64,000 bases of DNA from Azolla caroliniana (Eukaryota > Plantae > Polypodiophyta). The notes under the pieces are model-generated. The model saw nothing but the letters and a program-made list of their open reading frames with translations. It did no database searches and was not told the DNA's origin. Shown in pieces: positions 35,972-49,748 of the stretch (positions are counted from its first letter, which is position 1; every line of letters starts with the position of its first letter). The stretch is taken from assembly GCA_043228905.1 (NCBI GenBank), contig JBHGNT010000003.1, positions 19,530,001-19,594,000 of the forward strand, written 5' to 3'. The position numbers and the translations under genes are program-made.

Positions 35972-37347
35972 ATTGATATTAGGAGATGATCATGAACCTA
36001 ATAACAAATTGGCATGAAATGTTAGGGTTAGGTCTAAAAAGTGCAAGCGTATAGTGTATAATACACACATACTTACATGCATAGAAAAGACTCTTCACTA
36101 AATTATTTCTAGGTGATCTCTTGTACCAACAACATTGCATAATAATGATTGTATTTGCCACATGCTAATTATGTAAGAATCTTGAGATCAATAATCAATG
36201 AATCAACAATATACAAGCCTGAATTGCATGTGAAATGTACACTTGGTATTTTTACTTTTATGAATTAAAATCATGGATGCACATAATTTCAAGTAACTTG
36301 AACACTAAGATCAATTGATATAATCAAGAACTATAAGATCCACTTTTGCGGAAACATAAGATTCGGGTTTTACAAAAGATCACACAAACATTACATTGTA
36401 GACTTACAAGATTTTATAATAAAGGTACCATCTTTCCTCTCTCTCTCTCTCTAATGATTATATATATAGAAAACACATTAGAAGTAGTGACATTGACTAT
36501 GTGCTACTTTTCAAATATATCTTTGATCGTAAACAAAATTTCTCACATGGTGAATGGACATTAGAATCCAATCATAGAACTTTATGTATTGATGTGAAAT
36601 GTATAAAACGGTTGGAGGTTAGAAGGTCATTGAAGGTACCAAACAACCGTAATCAAGCTTAAACCTTAAACGAGTGGCCATATATTCAAAGATGGTTGAG
36701 GAGATGTTACAAATGAAGAAGCTACAACGTGATGCCACATTAGAATGTAAATGGGACATTAGAATGTAAATGGGAAGCCATCGAGAAAGTTATTTTCACA
36801 TGTACAAACAAGTGCTTTTTCACCAAAGTATATACATTGCAAAGGCATCAAGAAATGTACTTCAAAGAGAAACTAGTTTGATAATGATTCCCATGAAGCT
36901 CAAAGTGTCTTACATGAGTTTGGCTGAGTCAAGGGTAAGGAAAATTATCAAAAACAATTACATGAGTACAAAAGACTTATTCAAAGAAAGAGAAGAATAG
37001 GAGAAGTTATTGAAAAAAAAAATCTAAACATGAGCAAGCACATGCATGTGCTAAAATTTAGGGAAATCTAAAGGGGAAACGTGTAGAGAGTTATCGTGAC
37101 TTAACTCTTATGGACTTGTGTATTCATTGTAAGAATCTATATGAACTATATGTTGTCATAATGATTGATATGTTATGGTTCTCTGTCACATATGCCGAGT
37201 CTCTTTTTTACAATTGAAAAAGTATGCATAGGTATTACGAAATTGGCCTCTGGAAAGGCAAGAGATCTTCAATTTATAATGGCAAAATGTTGAAATAGAT
37301 GGAAATTGAACCACATGCATGGATTAATGATATTTTTAATCATGCAT

Positions 37348-38349
37348 TGCAAGATGGCATACCCTACTATTGGACTAGAAAATAGCTTAAACTTTTACAC
37401 AAAGGTGGACTCGATGTAATGATACCCCTAAAGGGTCTTTATACGAACCTTTGCATTCGTGGTAATATTTAGTAAACCCATTTGTAGAAAAAAGAAGAAG
37501 ACTCATTCTTGTCTAAACAAGTGATTTTGGGTCCTAAATCTTGTTTTATTAGTGTTCAAGTCCTTCACGGTCCTATTCGAGTGGCACATGTATGTGCATT
37601 TGTGCGACAATGACTACCTGAGCATCCTCACGATCTCCACACCCCTCCTCGACCATTTGGTTGGATGGAATCGTGGAGATGATTTTCTATTAGAGCCTTC
37701 CTCACTCATGATGTGAGTTTTTGGCACTAGCGGTCAACTAAAATGCATCGATTTCTTGATGTGGCAATATTTCTGTTAATAATTAGGTAATCAACTACGG
37801 GTTAATTAGTATCTAATTATGCAAGTAGTTAATCACGTATGTGATTAAGCAACGAAAGACTATGTGATGTGTGTGTGAGAGAGAGTAAGGAAATTAAATG
37901 AGAGATAGAGGGGAAATACACTTATGAACAATAAGACAAATGGGAGATGATTAACGAGAATGTAGCTTGAAGACCTTTCTCTCTATTAATATGCATCAAG
38001 TTACAAAAATAACCACAATGAGGTATATATATCTCTCATGTGTAAGGGTGCACATGTTTGAGGAGAATATAGGTACAAGGTTGTAAGTCCTATATTAAAT
38101 GAATTGGGGAGTGGGGGATCTAGAATATATCCCACTCAAATACAAAATCCTATTTAAGGGTTTAAAGTCAACATACTAACTAGATTCTATTTATGTAACT
38201 ACCAAGTTGTTATCTCCTTCCTTGGTGAGAACACCTTCGATTAATCCTAGGGTAATCGGGTGAAGGAATCGTGGTTACGTAGGAATGAGAACACAAGAGT
38301 GACACAAGTTGATCGAGTACGAGAATTGTTGGCCACAATCGGCCTTTAC
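37348..38349. repeat. ~1-kb direct duplication, copy 1 (LTR-like segment plus the first 142 bp of the F LTR from 38208)
   Basis: Near-identical to 49749-50746. Confidence 0.93.
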
Positions 38350-39659
38350 TATTACCAATTAGGAACACGGTCCGAGGTTAGTCCTTCGACCTAGACCTCC
38401 AAGTGGGTGTGGAACAACGAATAGGCGTCTAAGCGTAATGCGTAGGGGAATGTTCCCTGTAACCTATCAGCGTATAAGGGAGATGGCTACAACCGAATCC
38501 TTAGCAAGGGTTACACTTATGTTCTTACACGCTCAGGTCTTCAAGACACACACAGTGGATTAGCCGTAACTATACACAGAGAATCAGAGAAGATAGAATT
38601 CTATTATGAGATGTTTCTTACATTCCCCAAAATTACACGCTCCCTCTATAAGAGGTTTTCTGCCCTTTATATACGCATTGTCTATTTAGCCGTTCACGCT
38701 TCCTGCGTGAACTGTTACATGCATTATGATCTTATATTATTTCTTATTCCTACGCTCTTGTCCGTCGGTTACTATTCCAGGGGACAACACCTGGCACGCC
38801 TGTGGGACAGTGCCATGGCATGTCAGACCCATCCCGTTAATCCTCTTCTAAAATGGCCCGGCCGTTTGGCTCTGCTACGGTGTCCGCGTCCGGAGGTGAC
38901 GTAGGGCCCGTAGGAGAATCGTGGTGTGGCTCCCCTGTTCGGTCGGGCTGGTTTCTCCCGGAGTCGCAGTCGCCGTGTGTGGGCGGTCCGGGTACGGTGG
39001 GCTCTTCTTGAGCTAGTGGGTTGGGCTCCGCCGTTGTCGTGCTTGCTTTTTCCACCCACGCTTGGGCTTGTCGTCGTACCTCGTCTTGTGCAGCCCAATC
39101 AACTGTTTTTGTTTGCTGACGTGTCGTGACTTGTTGCACTTCCATCGTAATCGTATTGACAGCGGGCCCCTTTTCCTTGCATGCTGGGCATTGCGTGGCA
39201 TAATGCCCGGGTTGCTGACAAATAAAACAATGGATGCTTGATTCACCCTTCTCGGCTCCTGGTGGTGTGTGCCGCTCCCCTAGTGCTACTTGCTCCTCGT
39301 GGTCCGGTCTCGTTTATCGGAATGTACGCGGTGGCTGCTGTTGGTCCCGTCGTTATTCTTGGTGCCGCTCATCCCCTGAGCTTTCGTTGTAACACCGGTG
39401 ATCTCGATATTGCCGTGGCTTACCACGATAACCATTGAAGCCGCCCCGTTTGTTTGTCGGCCAGTGATTCTCGTAGCGCCGACCCCCTTTGGCGTAACTC
39501 GGATGTCCACGATAATCCTCGTCCTCTGGTTCGTCCTCCTCAGAATCGTTGTGATTTCGGCGATTCCGGTGGTGCCGGTCCTCCCGTGGGTTGCGATCCT
39601 TATACCGGGGTCGGTCTTCTTGCCTCCTTTGTTCAGTCCGGTGTGGTTGACGCTGTGTG

Positions 39660-42600
39660 TGTCGAATACAAGTGTATAATGGACGTATTCACACTATCCC
39701 TTTCTATAGCCCAAGTTTGGGGCATTTGTGTAATTATCATAAAGGGTAGTTGCCCTAAGTCGGTCACTATATATAGTGACCTTGTAACCTTTTTGTAAGG
39801 TTGGGCGTTGTATTATTGCTTTGTGGAATAAAAAGTCTTTTGTGTGTGTGTGTGTGTCTCTCTCTCTCTCTCTCTCTGTGCAACGACCTAGAAACTGTCA
39901 TACGCAGGTATTCAGCACTAATCGTATGCTTCAACGATCTTACGCATAGACGACCTTGTCTCCAACATCTGGTATCAGAGCCTGCACAGTATTCGGTCCT
40001 TCATCCCGCTGTCGGCCGTCGTCTCAGCCTGCACAACATTCGGTTTCTTGCGTCATTCGAAGAAGAGAGAAGAAGAAGAAAAACGAGACTTGCATCTCAT
40101 CACGTTAGATCATCTTCGCTTGGAGTAAGCCAGCAGGTTGTACTCTGTCCCTTGTGATCGTAACCGCTCGAGGTGAAATCCCCTTGTGCAACTTTGACAA
40201 CAACCCAAATTCGTGCTTCATCTGGCTGATCGACATTCGGGAGGATCAGTCGGATCCGTCTCTCTCATTGCTGCAGTCAACCGAAGCAGAATCGGTCCAG
40301 ATAATCGGTTTTAATAATCGGTATTCGGCATATATATCCGAAGCCGAACCGACTCGGGTTCAAATCCGACTAGAACGATATCGGGTGAGCCAACCGGCTG
40401 CACTCCAACAAGGTTCGTAGTCAACTCCGAACCGAGCTTCGTCAACCGAAACCGAATTTGATGGCATCAACATCCGGCTCGTCAGAAATGAGTCTCCGAA
40501 AGTTCGATGGATCGAACTTCAACTTCTGGAAGGAACAAATGCAGGACTATCTCATAGTCAAGGGGCAAATCGATCCCATCGAAAATGAAGAACCTCCAGA
40601 AGGATACAAACCAGTTGAGTGGCAGAAGCTGGACAGAATCGTCCGCGCCACGATTCGGATGCACCTATCGGAGTCGGTATACTTTACGGTGCAATCGTGT
40701 ACGACAGCATTCGAACTGTGGAAAACACTGTCGGACACTTACGAAAAGAAGGTCGCCGCAACGAAGATGTTTCTGATCCGGCGCCTCTACAACTTGCGGA
40801 TGAAAGAATTCGATTCGGTTCAAGCACACCTCAATGAGTACGAAAGCATAAGCTCCCAAATCTCGTCACAGGGGACGGCAATCGAGGATGAACTCAGAGC
40901 AATGATACTCATGAGCAGCCTTCCCTCATCATGGGAAACTTTCGTCACAACTGTGTGCAACGCGTCAACCACGGCTGTTAAATACTCCGAAGTCACGAGC
41001 GCGATCCTGACCGAAGCAGCTCGGAGAAAGTCCTTCGCCAAAGACTCAACAGAAGACGCTTATGTAGTACAAGGTTCGACAGACCGATCGAACATACGAG
41101 GAAGAGATTCCTCACGACCGCCGAACAATCAGCGAAGACGGAGCCAGTCACGGGATAACCGAATCTGCAACTACTGCAAGAAACCCGGACACATCAAAGC
41201 CGACTGCCGCGCACTCAAGAACAAGAACGACAAGTCTCAGAGATCCGACAAGAAGAGTGGCCGGCATGAGGAGATCAATTACGTCAGCTTCTCAGCTGAT
41301 GTGCTACCAGACGACCCGAATATACTATCAATCGAAAATCCAGTCGGATCAGAAGTTCTGCTCACGACTGAAGAATCGAGCACATGGCTCTTAGATTCGG
41401 GCGCGTCATTTCACGTGACTCCTCATCGATCCCAATTCCGGCAATATACGATCCGTCACTCCGACTCAGTTCGAGTCGGTAACTCGCAACACTGTGACAT
41501 CATCGGAATCGGCACAGTAGAGCTCAACCTTGCAGGTGGCTCTACACTTGTACTTCACAATGTCCGCCATGTACCCGAGCTCTCAAGGCCATTGATCTCA
41601 GTCGGACAACTAGATGAAGACGGCATTCGTGCCGGTTTTTCTTCGGGAGGGTGGACACTCCACAGGGGGAACCTCCTGCTTGCTAGAGGACCCAAGATAC
41701 ACTCCCTGTATCCGTTACATGTTACGCTCAGAGAGGGTAACCTGTTTTTGGTGGATATTCCTGTGTCATCACTATGGCACAGAAGATTAGGACACCTCAG
41801 CAAGGCCGGCATCACGCACCTATCTAGAGCCAGATACATCCCCAAACTCTCCTTCTCCGACCATCAATTCTGCGAGCATTGCCAGTATGGCAAACAAGCA
41901 GCCGCATCACACCCGACATCAGCACCAAGAGAAACGAGACCTCTCGATTTGGTCCACTCGGACGTCTGTGGCCCAATGCCGCATCAGTCTCTCGGCGGTG
42001 CCTCTTACTTCGTCACTTTTATTGACGATTCGACTCGAAAGGTGTGGGCTTATCCAATTCACACCAAAGATCGGGTCTCTCGATATTCTCAGATTGGCTC
42101 GCTATGGTAGAAAATCAAACCGACCGAAAGCTGAAATGCTTTCGGACAGACAATGGGGGAGAGTTCAAATCCGAAGAATTCGTCAAATTCTGCCGACAAC
42201 GCGGCATCCGACGTGAATTTACGGCACCACACAGTCCGGAGCAAAACGGGATTGCAGAACGAATGAATCGGACAATCCAAGAAAGGATAGTTTCCATGCT
42301 CCAACACTCCGGACTGTCGGATGGCTTCTGGGCAGAGGCTCTACTCACGGCAGTACACATAATCAATATGTCGCCAAGTAGACCTCTAGGACTTCAAATT
42401 CCTCAGGAACTATGGATCGGCAGTAAGCCGAATTACGACAAGCTGAGGATCTTCGGATGCGAGGCGTACGCCCTTATTCCGAAAGATGATTGCCGAAAAC
42501 TTGCACCTCGGTCCAGGAAATGCATTTTCCTTGGATATGGATCCGACGGCGAAATGGGATACCGACTCTGGGACCCCGAACGCAGGCAAATCGTTCGAAG

Positions 42601-44992
42601 TTCGGACGTTGTGTTCAACGAGTCGGCTATGAATCCATCAGTCGAAAAACCGATCGAAGTCCGAAGGGTAACGTTTTCCGATGTGCCGACCCTTCAAGAA
42701 GGCCCCGCTCTCAACACACGGTCAGCTTCACGGGTAGCTGAACCTTACACTACCGACTCGGACAACTCCGACTCGGCACAACAGAATAATCCGCTTTCGG
42801 ACCATCCGACCTCGATACCCGATGCGACCAGTCCAATCATACCTCGACGATCCGAGAGACTGTCGCAACCTCCGGAGAGGTACTCTCCTGGAATTTTCTT
42901 CACCGACGCCGGCGAACCGACGTCTTACGAAGAAGCATCGACATCTGTCGATTCCGCCACCTGGCATCTGGCGATGGAGTCGGAAATGCACTCCATTCGG
43001 GCAAACAAGACTTGGGATCTGGTCGAATTACCTAGGAACCGACGTGCTCTTCCTTGCAAGTGGGTTTATCGACTAAAAGAGACGTCTGATTCGACCACCC
43101 CAAAGTACAAGGCCAGATTAGTTGCGAAGGGCTTCCGACAAGAATATGGCGTCGACTTCGACGAGATTTTTTCACCAGTGGTGAAAATGACAACCCTTCG
43201 TTTTCTGCTCGGCGTCGTGGCAGCCGACAACTTGGAGCTGATTCAGCCAGATGTCAAAACAGCCTTCCTCCATGGTGATCTCGAGGAGGAAATTTATATG
43301 GAGCAGCCAAAAGGCTTCGTGGCAACTGGCCAAGAACATCTAGTCTGCCGACTCAGGAAGAGCCTATACGGCCTCAAACAGGCACCGCGACAATGGTACA
43401 AGAAGTTCGACGACTTCGTCCAATCGATCGGCTTCTCAAAAAGCGATGAGGACCATTGTCTCTTTACCAACACAGCTCAAGATGGATCACCCATCTTCCT
43501 CATCATTTACGTGGACGACATGCTCATTTCTGGACGCCACGCGGGCGAACTTGCCGATCTCGTTCGGCAACTACGGTTGAAGTTTGCCATGAAGGACCTC
43601 GGTCCGGCACGACACATCCTTGGCATGAAAATTAGTCGGCATCGCGATAAACGACATCTTTTTTTGTCTCAGACCGACTATATCGGACGTGTCTTGGAAC
43701 GCTTCAACATGCAATCAGCCAAATCTGCTTCAACCCCGCTCCCCATGAATCTTCGGCTCTCTCAGCGAGACTGCCCGACATCCGGTCCGGAGGGGGAAGA
43801 TATGAAGTCGGTACCGTATGCACCGGCAGTCGGCTCCCTTATGTACCTGATGGTCGCGACACGGCCTGATATTTCTCACGCCGTAGGAGTCGTTAGCAGA
43901 TTTATGCACAATCCTGGCCGATCGCATTGGAATGCAGTCAAGCATGTGTTCAGATATCTGGCTGGCACAAAAGACCACGGCATTCTTTTCGGTCCGAACC
44001 GAACCTCAGGCGTAGTCGGTTACACCGACTCGGATTTCGCCGGCTATATAGACAGTCGGAAATCAACAACCGGATACTGCTTCAAATTCGGCAATGGAGC
44101 AATCTCGTGGAAGTCGAAACTTCAGGAGTGCACAGCGACCTCAACGACCGAAGCAGAATATGTAGCTGCGTCCGACGCAGCAAAAGAAGCTTTGTGGCTC
44201 GGTCGGCTGGCGCACACGTTTCGACAAGTCGACCATGACTCAGCTCCAGTTGTCTACAGCGATAGTCAAGGTGTTGTTGCCCTGTCAAAAAATCCGGTTC
44301 ACCACAACGCCTCCAAACATATCGACGTTCGATATCACTTCGTTCGGGACTGCGTCATTTCAGGGAAAATCGGTCTAGAGAAAATATCCACAACCGACAA
44401 TGTCGCAGATGGAATGACCAAGTGTCTTTCGGCAGACCGTTTTCGGTCTCTTCGACATCAGATGGGCGTAACAACAAACCAGTCCGGTTAGAGCCGGACA
44501 CAGAGCAGGATGGTTCCCGACAACCGACATCAGTTCCTTAATGATCGGCTTCAACTGTTCCGACCCGACCAGTTCGGTCTTCTACCTTCGGACCCTGCCG
44601 ACCCGAACAAAGCTGATATGTCCGAGAACCTAAGTCTATACCTGTAATCTTAGATAACCCATGTATACGCCCATTACGGGGGAGTGTCGAATACAAGTGT
44701 ATAATGGACGTATTCACACTATCCCTTTCTATAGCCCAAGTTTGGGGCATTTGTGTAATTATCATAAAGGGTAGTTGCCCTAAGTCGGTCACTATATATA
44801 GTGACCTTGTAACCTTTTTGTAAGGTTGGGCGTTGTATTATTGCTTTGTGGAATAAAAAGTCTTTTGTGTGTGTGTGTGTGTGTCTCTCTCTCTCTCTCT
44901 CTGTGCAACGACCTAGAAACTGTCATACGCAGGTATTCAGCACTAATCGTATGCTTCAACGATCTTACGCATAGACGACCTTGTCTCCAACA
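39660..44992 (+). mobile_element. Ty1/copia family B copy 2, full length
   Basis: LTRs 39660-39967 and 44685-44992 (308 bp, differing only at the GT/CT microsatellite border); TSD GTGTG/GTGTG; PBS TGGTATCAGAGC at 39970; PPT GGGGGAG. Confidence 0.98.
40461..44491 (+). pseudogene. copia gag-pol with a single 1-bp frameshift (~42078) in integrase
   Basis: ORFs 40458-42110 and 42044-44491 together match the 1344-aa B1 protein; GTCTCTCG here vs GTCTTCTCG in B1. Confidence 0.92.
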
Positions 44993-46445
44993 GTGTGTCC
45001 ATGCTCCGAACTGCGGGAGTGGCTCTCTTTAACATATTGTATTCGCATTGGTCGACTGTGTGAGCCTTCGAGTGGCAGATTGGGCAGTGGATTCGCATAT
45101 TCCACTCCACTGCGGAATGCCCTGAGTTCAAGCAAATCGTGCACTGGATTGCTTGACGAAACTGGCGTTCGTCATCCTGAGGTAACGCTTGTCATGAAGA
45201 CATAGAAAACCTTTACTCCTCGTCATCCAACTCGAGCTGTAACGCTCGTTCAATTACCATATCCGCCGTTTCCCCTTTCACGCAATTGTTGTTGAGCGTT
45301 GCCTGGATGGGCCGGTGTAAAGCTGCCAGAAATGTTTCCCGAGCCTCGTCCTCCGTGGGGCTCCGTTCCAGTTTCCGTCGTAAATTTTGGAAACATAAGC
45401 TGAAGTCTGCTATCGTCTCGGTCGGCAGTTGCTTAATCGTATAAAATTGACCGAGGATTTCGCGTTGTGGAACCCTCCTATGGAAGAATCGCAAGAAAGC
45501 GGACTGAAGCTGATCGAAGGTTGTTATTGTTGGTAAATCCATCTGTGAATGCCAAAACGCCGCTCACCCATCTAATGTTAACCCGAACTCCGTCATTTTC
45601 GACTGGTGTGCTACCGCCTCCGAAAGGCTCTGCGTCATGTGGTTCCCATTCCAGACATTCAAGAACATGCGAATATGAGTTGTGGCGTCGGTTTCGTCGT
45701 TAAAGCGGGGGTAGGCAAAGGCCATGGTGGGGGCTATGGCGGGTCGGGAAAGACCACCGGGTGGCTGTGGTGAGCGTAGTCCCCGCGTCTCATCGAGGTA
45801 TTTGGAGAGCGAAGAATCACCTTTGTACTCACGGCAGGTAATACTGAGGTTGCTGAGGCGAGGCTTTTGCCGTGCGCGTTCTTCTGCCTGGCGTGTGACG
45901 GACCTTGTTATTGGCCGGTCTTGTCGTGTTGGTTCTTTGGGGCGTCTGCGGCTAAACATCCATTCGTCGTTGCTCGTCTGTGAGAAGACACAGATCACCA
46001 ATCGTGCCAAAAGTGTTGCCAATTAGGAACACGGTTTGCGGTTAGTCCTTCGACCTAGACCTCCAAGTGGGTGTGGAACAACGAATAGGCGTCTAAGCGT
46101 AATGCGTAGGGGAATGTTCCCTGTAACCGATCAGCGTATAAGTGAGATGGCTACAACCGAATCCTTAGCAAGGGTTACACTTACGTGCTTACACGCTCAG
46201 GTCTTCAAGACACACACAGTGGATTAGCCGTAACTATACATAGAGAATCAGAGAAGATAGAATTTTATTATGAGATGTTTCTTACATTCCCCAAAATTAC
46301 ACGCTCCCTCTATAAGAGGTTTTCTGCCCTTTATATACGCAGGGTCTATTTAGCCGTTCACGCTTCCTGCGTGAACTGTTACATGCATTATGATCTTATA
46401 TTATTTCTTATTCCTACGCTCTTGTCCATCGGTTACTATTCCGAC

Positions 46446-48435
46446 GGGGCGGGGGTTGGTAAAAAACGTCCCCACAGCGACAGAAACATCGACCGAAGGC
46501 GATGGCTCCACAGCTACGGAACCCAATACCACCTTCGAAATCATCCGGGAGCCACGACTGATCATTACGACCCAGTCCCAACGAGGGAAAGCCGTATTGA
46601 CGGCGGAAAGCGAGGTTTTGGCATATCCAAATATCTCGAATACGGCCCATGAGTTATGCGCCCTCTTACAGTTCGGCACTTCTTTTGAGCTGATGGAGTT
46701 CCTGGCAACACAACAAGTAAAAGCCGCCCAACGAATGGCCGAAGAGCATGCGGAACGCCAGATGGTCGAGCGCGCCCTAACACAAACGATGGAGAGCGAC
46801 GATGAGGACCGGTTAGCCACGATCGGTAGACAGAGGAACGCCGGGGTACGCCGAGTGGGGATGGAGATACCCCCATTAAACACGGCCGTAGTCCAAGTCC
46901 ATCGGGAACTGGCAAAGGTCAGCACGGGCGCCAAGGAGATGGCCATAAAAAATAAGAATGTCTGGAAGAAGGTGAAACTGACCCAAGTCGAACTACAAAA
47001 AGCCAACGAACGCATCGCGGAGTTGGAAGCTCATGTGACTACAGCGTAACACGCAACTCCGCCACCAAACCACGCCATCGACGCTTTAAAGGAAGAAATT
47101 GAGGCTCAGAACGCCATTGCCTCAAAAGCGAAAAGGGCCGTGCAACTAGCGGAATCAGAAATTGACCGCCTTCGAGCGGAACTACGCCAATCCTCAGACA
47201 GAGAAAAGGAGATACGGGCTAACGGCCGGAAGGCAGTAAATACCCTTGAAGAGAAACTCGCTACGGAGGTAGCTCAGCACATCCGGACAAAAGACGACAA
47301 CGCCCAATTACGGGAGGACGCGAAGAAATCGGAGGTGGCAATCGCGGGACTCCGGGCCTTATTAAAAAAGAAGAAGGTATGGTTCGACGAGCAGTTGGTG
47401 GTCGAACAAGAAAGAAGGCATCAGCTCGAAATCCACCTAAACAATGAAATGGGGAAATTAGAAGAACAACATGCAAAGGAATCCTAGTTGTGGGTGGGCC
47501 TCAAGGCCACGTACGAAGAAGCGGCAGCGGTTAAACAACAAGAAATCGCAAACCTCTTGAAGTCGATGGAGGACGCACGCAACCGTTGCCAGGCCATCAC
47601 AGATAACGTGCGTATCCTTCTCCAAACAAATCGGGAGAGGTTCACAGCACAATTGAAAACGGCGCTGGACAAAGGATGGATGGCGTGGGCAACCCAAGTA
47701 GCGGAATTGCACGCGTATCGTGTGGACTGGGAGAACCGGCAAAAAGACGGTCGAAGTTTCTATAAAGTAAATGAGGAGAGCATTGTGGCCGTAGGAGAGG
47801 ACCTAGCGCAAGACTATCGTGCGCTAGTGGACCAACATTCCGAAGAACTCGCGCAGCTCTTAGATGATTTTGGTGACAGCCAGGAGGAGCTATTTCACCA
47901 GATCACACAAGCCGGCAACACGCGCACAAACGAGGAATCCAACGTGACACCAATTACGGGCACGTCCGAAGAAGAGGAACCTCAGGCCCGATCACCAGAA
48001 ATGACAACGATGGAGAACAACGCAGACCGACGAGCGGAGTCCCCCATAGTACCAAACAGCGAAACCACTACACAAGCGGAGGTTCATCCGCACGAGCCCA
48101 CACTATCATCGGACCACACGGAGAACGGTGCGGGCCAGGCGGAATCTCCGCCCCACTCCCCGAAACTTACAAAAACGGCCGACACCACATAGGACATAAC
48201 AATGGAGGCAGAGCCACAGCCGACTGCAAGCACGACAACGGCGGAGCCCAACCCACTAGCTCAAGAAGATCCCACCGTACCTGGACCGCCCACACACGGC
48301 GACTACGACTCCGGGAGAAACCAACCCGACCAAACAGGGGAGCCACACCACGATGCACCTATGGGCCCTACGTCACCTCCGGACGCGGACACCGCAGCAG
48401 AGCCAAACATCCAAGCCATTTTGGAAGAGGATTAA
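46446..48435 (+). pseudogene. 3' extra ORF (ORF-X) of element E, coiled-coil-like protein, >=660 codons
   Basis: ORFs 46390, 47140, 47488 and 48202 are all in one frame, split by three TAA/TAG stops. E/K/L/A heptad-rich; ends AILEED* just before the LTR. Confidence 0.78.
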
Positions 48436-49748
48436 CGGGATGGGTCCGACGTGCCAAGGCACTATCCAACATGCGTGCCAGGTGTTGTCCGCCGAAATAG
48501 TAATCGACGGACAAGAGCGTAGGAATAAGAAATAATATAAGATCATAACGCATGTAACGGTTCACGCAGGAAGCTTGAACGGCTAAATAGACCCTGCGTA
48601 TATAAAGGGCAGAAAACCTCTTATAGAGGGAGCGTGTAATTTTGGGGAATGTAAGAAACATCTCATAATAGAATTCTATCTTCTCTGATTCTCTATGTAT
48701 AGTTACGGCTAATCCACTGTGTGTGTCTTGAAGACCTGAGCGTGTCAGAACGTAAGTGTAACCCTTGCTAAGGAATCGGCTGTAGCCGTCTCCCTTATAT
48801 GTTGATAGGTTACAGGGAACATTCCCCTACGCATTACGCTTAGACGCCTATTCATTGTTCCACACCCACTTGGAGGTCTAGGTTGAAGGACTGACCGCGA
48901 ACCGTGTTCCTAATTGGCAACACTTTTGGCACGCTTGGTGATCTGTGTCTTCTCACAGACGAGCAACGACGAATGGATGTTTAGCCGCAGACGCCCCAAA
49001 GAACCAACACGACAAGACCGGCCAATAACAAGGTCCGTCACACGCCAGGCAGAAGAACGCGCACGGCAAAAGCCTCGCCTCAGCAACCTCAGTATTACCT
49101 GCCGTGAGTACAAAGGTGATTCTTCGCTCTCCAAATACCTCGACGAGACGCGGGGACTACGCTCACCACAGCCACCCGGTGGTCTTTCCCAACCCGCCAT
49201 AGCCCCCACCATGGCCTTTGCCTACCCCCGCTTTAACGGCGAAACCGACGCCACAACTCATATTCGCATGTTCTTGAATGTATGGAATGCGAACCACATG
49301 GCGCAGAGCCTTTCGAAGGTGGTAGCACACTAGTCGAAAATGACGGAGTTCGGGTTAACATTAGATGGGTGAGCGGCGTTTTGGCATTCACAGATGGATT
49401 TACCAACAATAACAACCTTCGATCAGCTTCAGTCCGCTTTCTTGCGATTCTTCCATAGGAGGGTTCCACAACGCGAAATCCTTGGTCAATTTTATACGAT
49501 TAAGCAACTGCCGACCGAGACAATAGCGGACTTCAGCTTACGTTTCCAAAATTTACGACGGAAACTGGAACGGAGCCCCGTGGAGGACGAGGCTCGGGAA
49601 ACATTTTTGGCAACTTTACACCGGCCCATCCGGGCAACACTCAACAACAATAGCGTGAAAGGGGAAACGGCGGATATGGTAATTGAACGAGCGTTACAGC
49701 TCGAGTTGGATGACGAGGAGGAAAGGTTTTCTATGTCCTCACAAACAT
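46446..49748 (+). mobile_element. Inverted second segment of element E: extra ORF - single LTR (48483-48922) - gag
   Basis: LTR TGTTG...CAACA (440 bp) is the reverse complement of 38350-38789. TATATAAA ~48599; gag ATG at 49211 matches the minus-strand copy at 45725. Confidence 0.88.

Larger units (their letters stand above)
38350..46445 (-). mobile_element. Non-autonomous non-chromovirus gypsy element E (gag fused to the tail of the extra ORF; pol deleted), interrupted by copia B2
   Basis: LTRs 38350-38789 and 46014-~46445 (outer end truncated). PBS-like TGGCACGATTGGTG at 46009-45996. Gag from ATG 45725 (YPRF...FDQLQSAFLRFF...IKQLPTETIADF) with knuckles CPICHSKAHTVDQC and CFICQQPGHYATQC. Deletion junction ~39046. 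Confidence 0.85.

Noticed and set aside
38350-38808. Reading element E as plus-oriented with a normal PBS at 38792
   Set aside because: Gag, ORF-X and the LTR TATA box all point the opposite way, and a second PBS-like site precedes gag.
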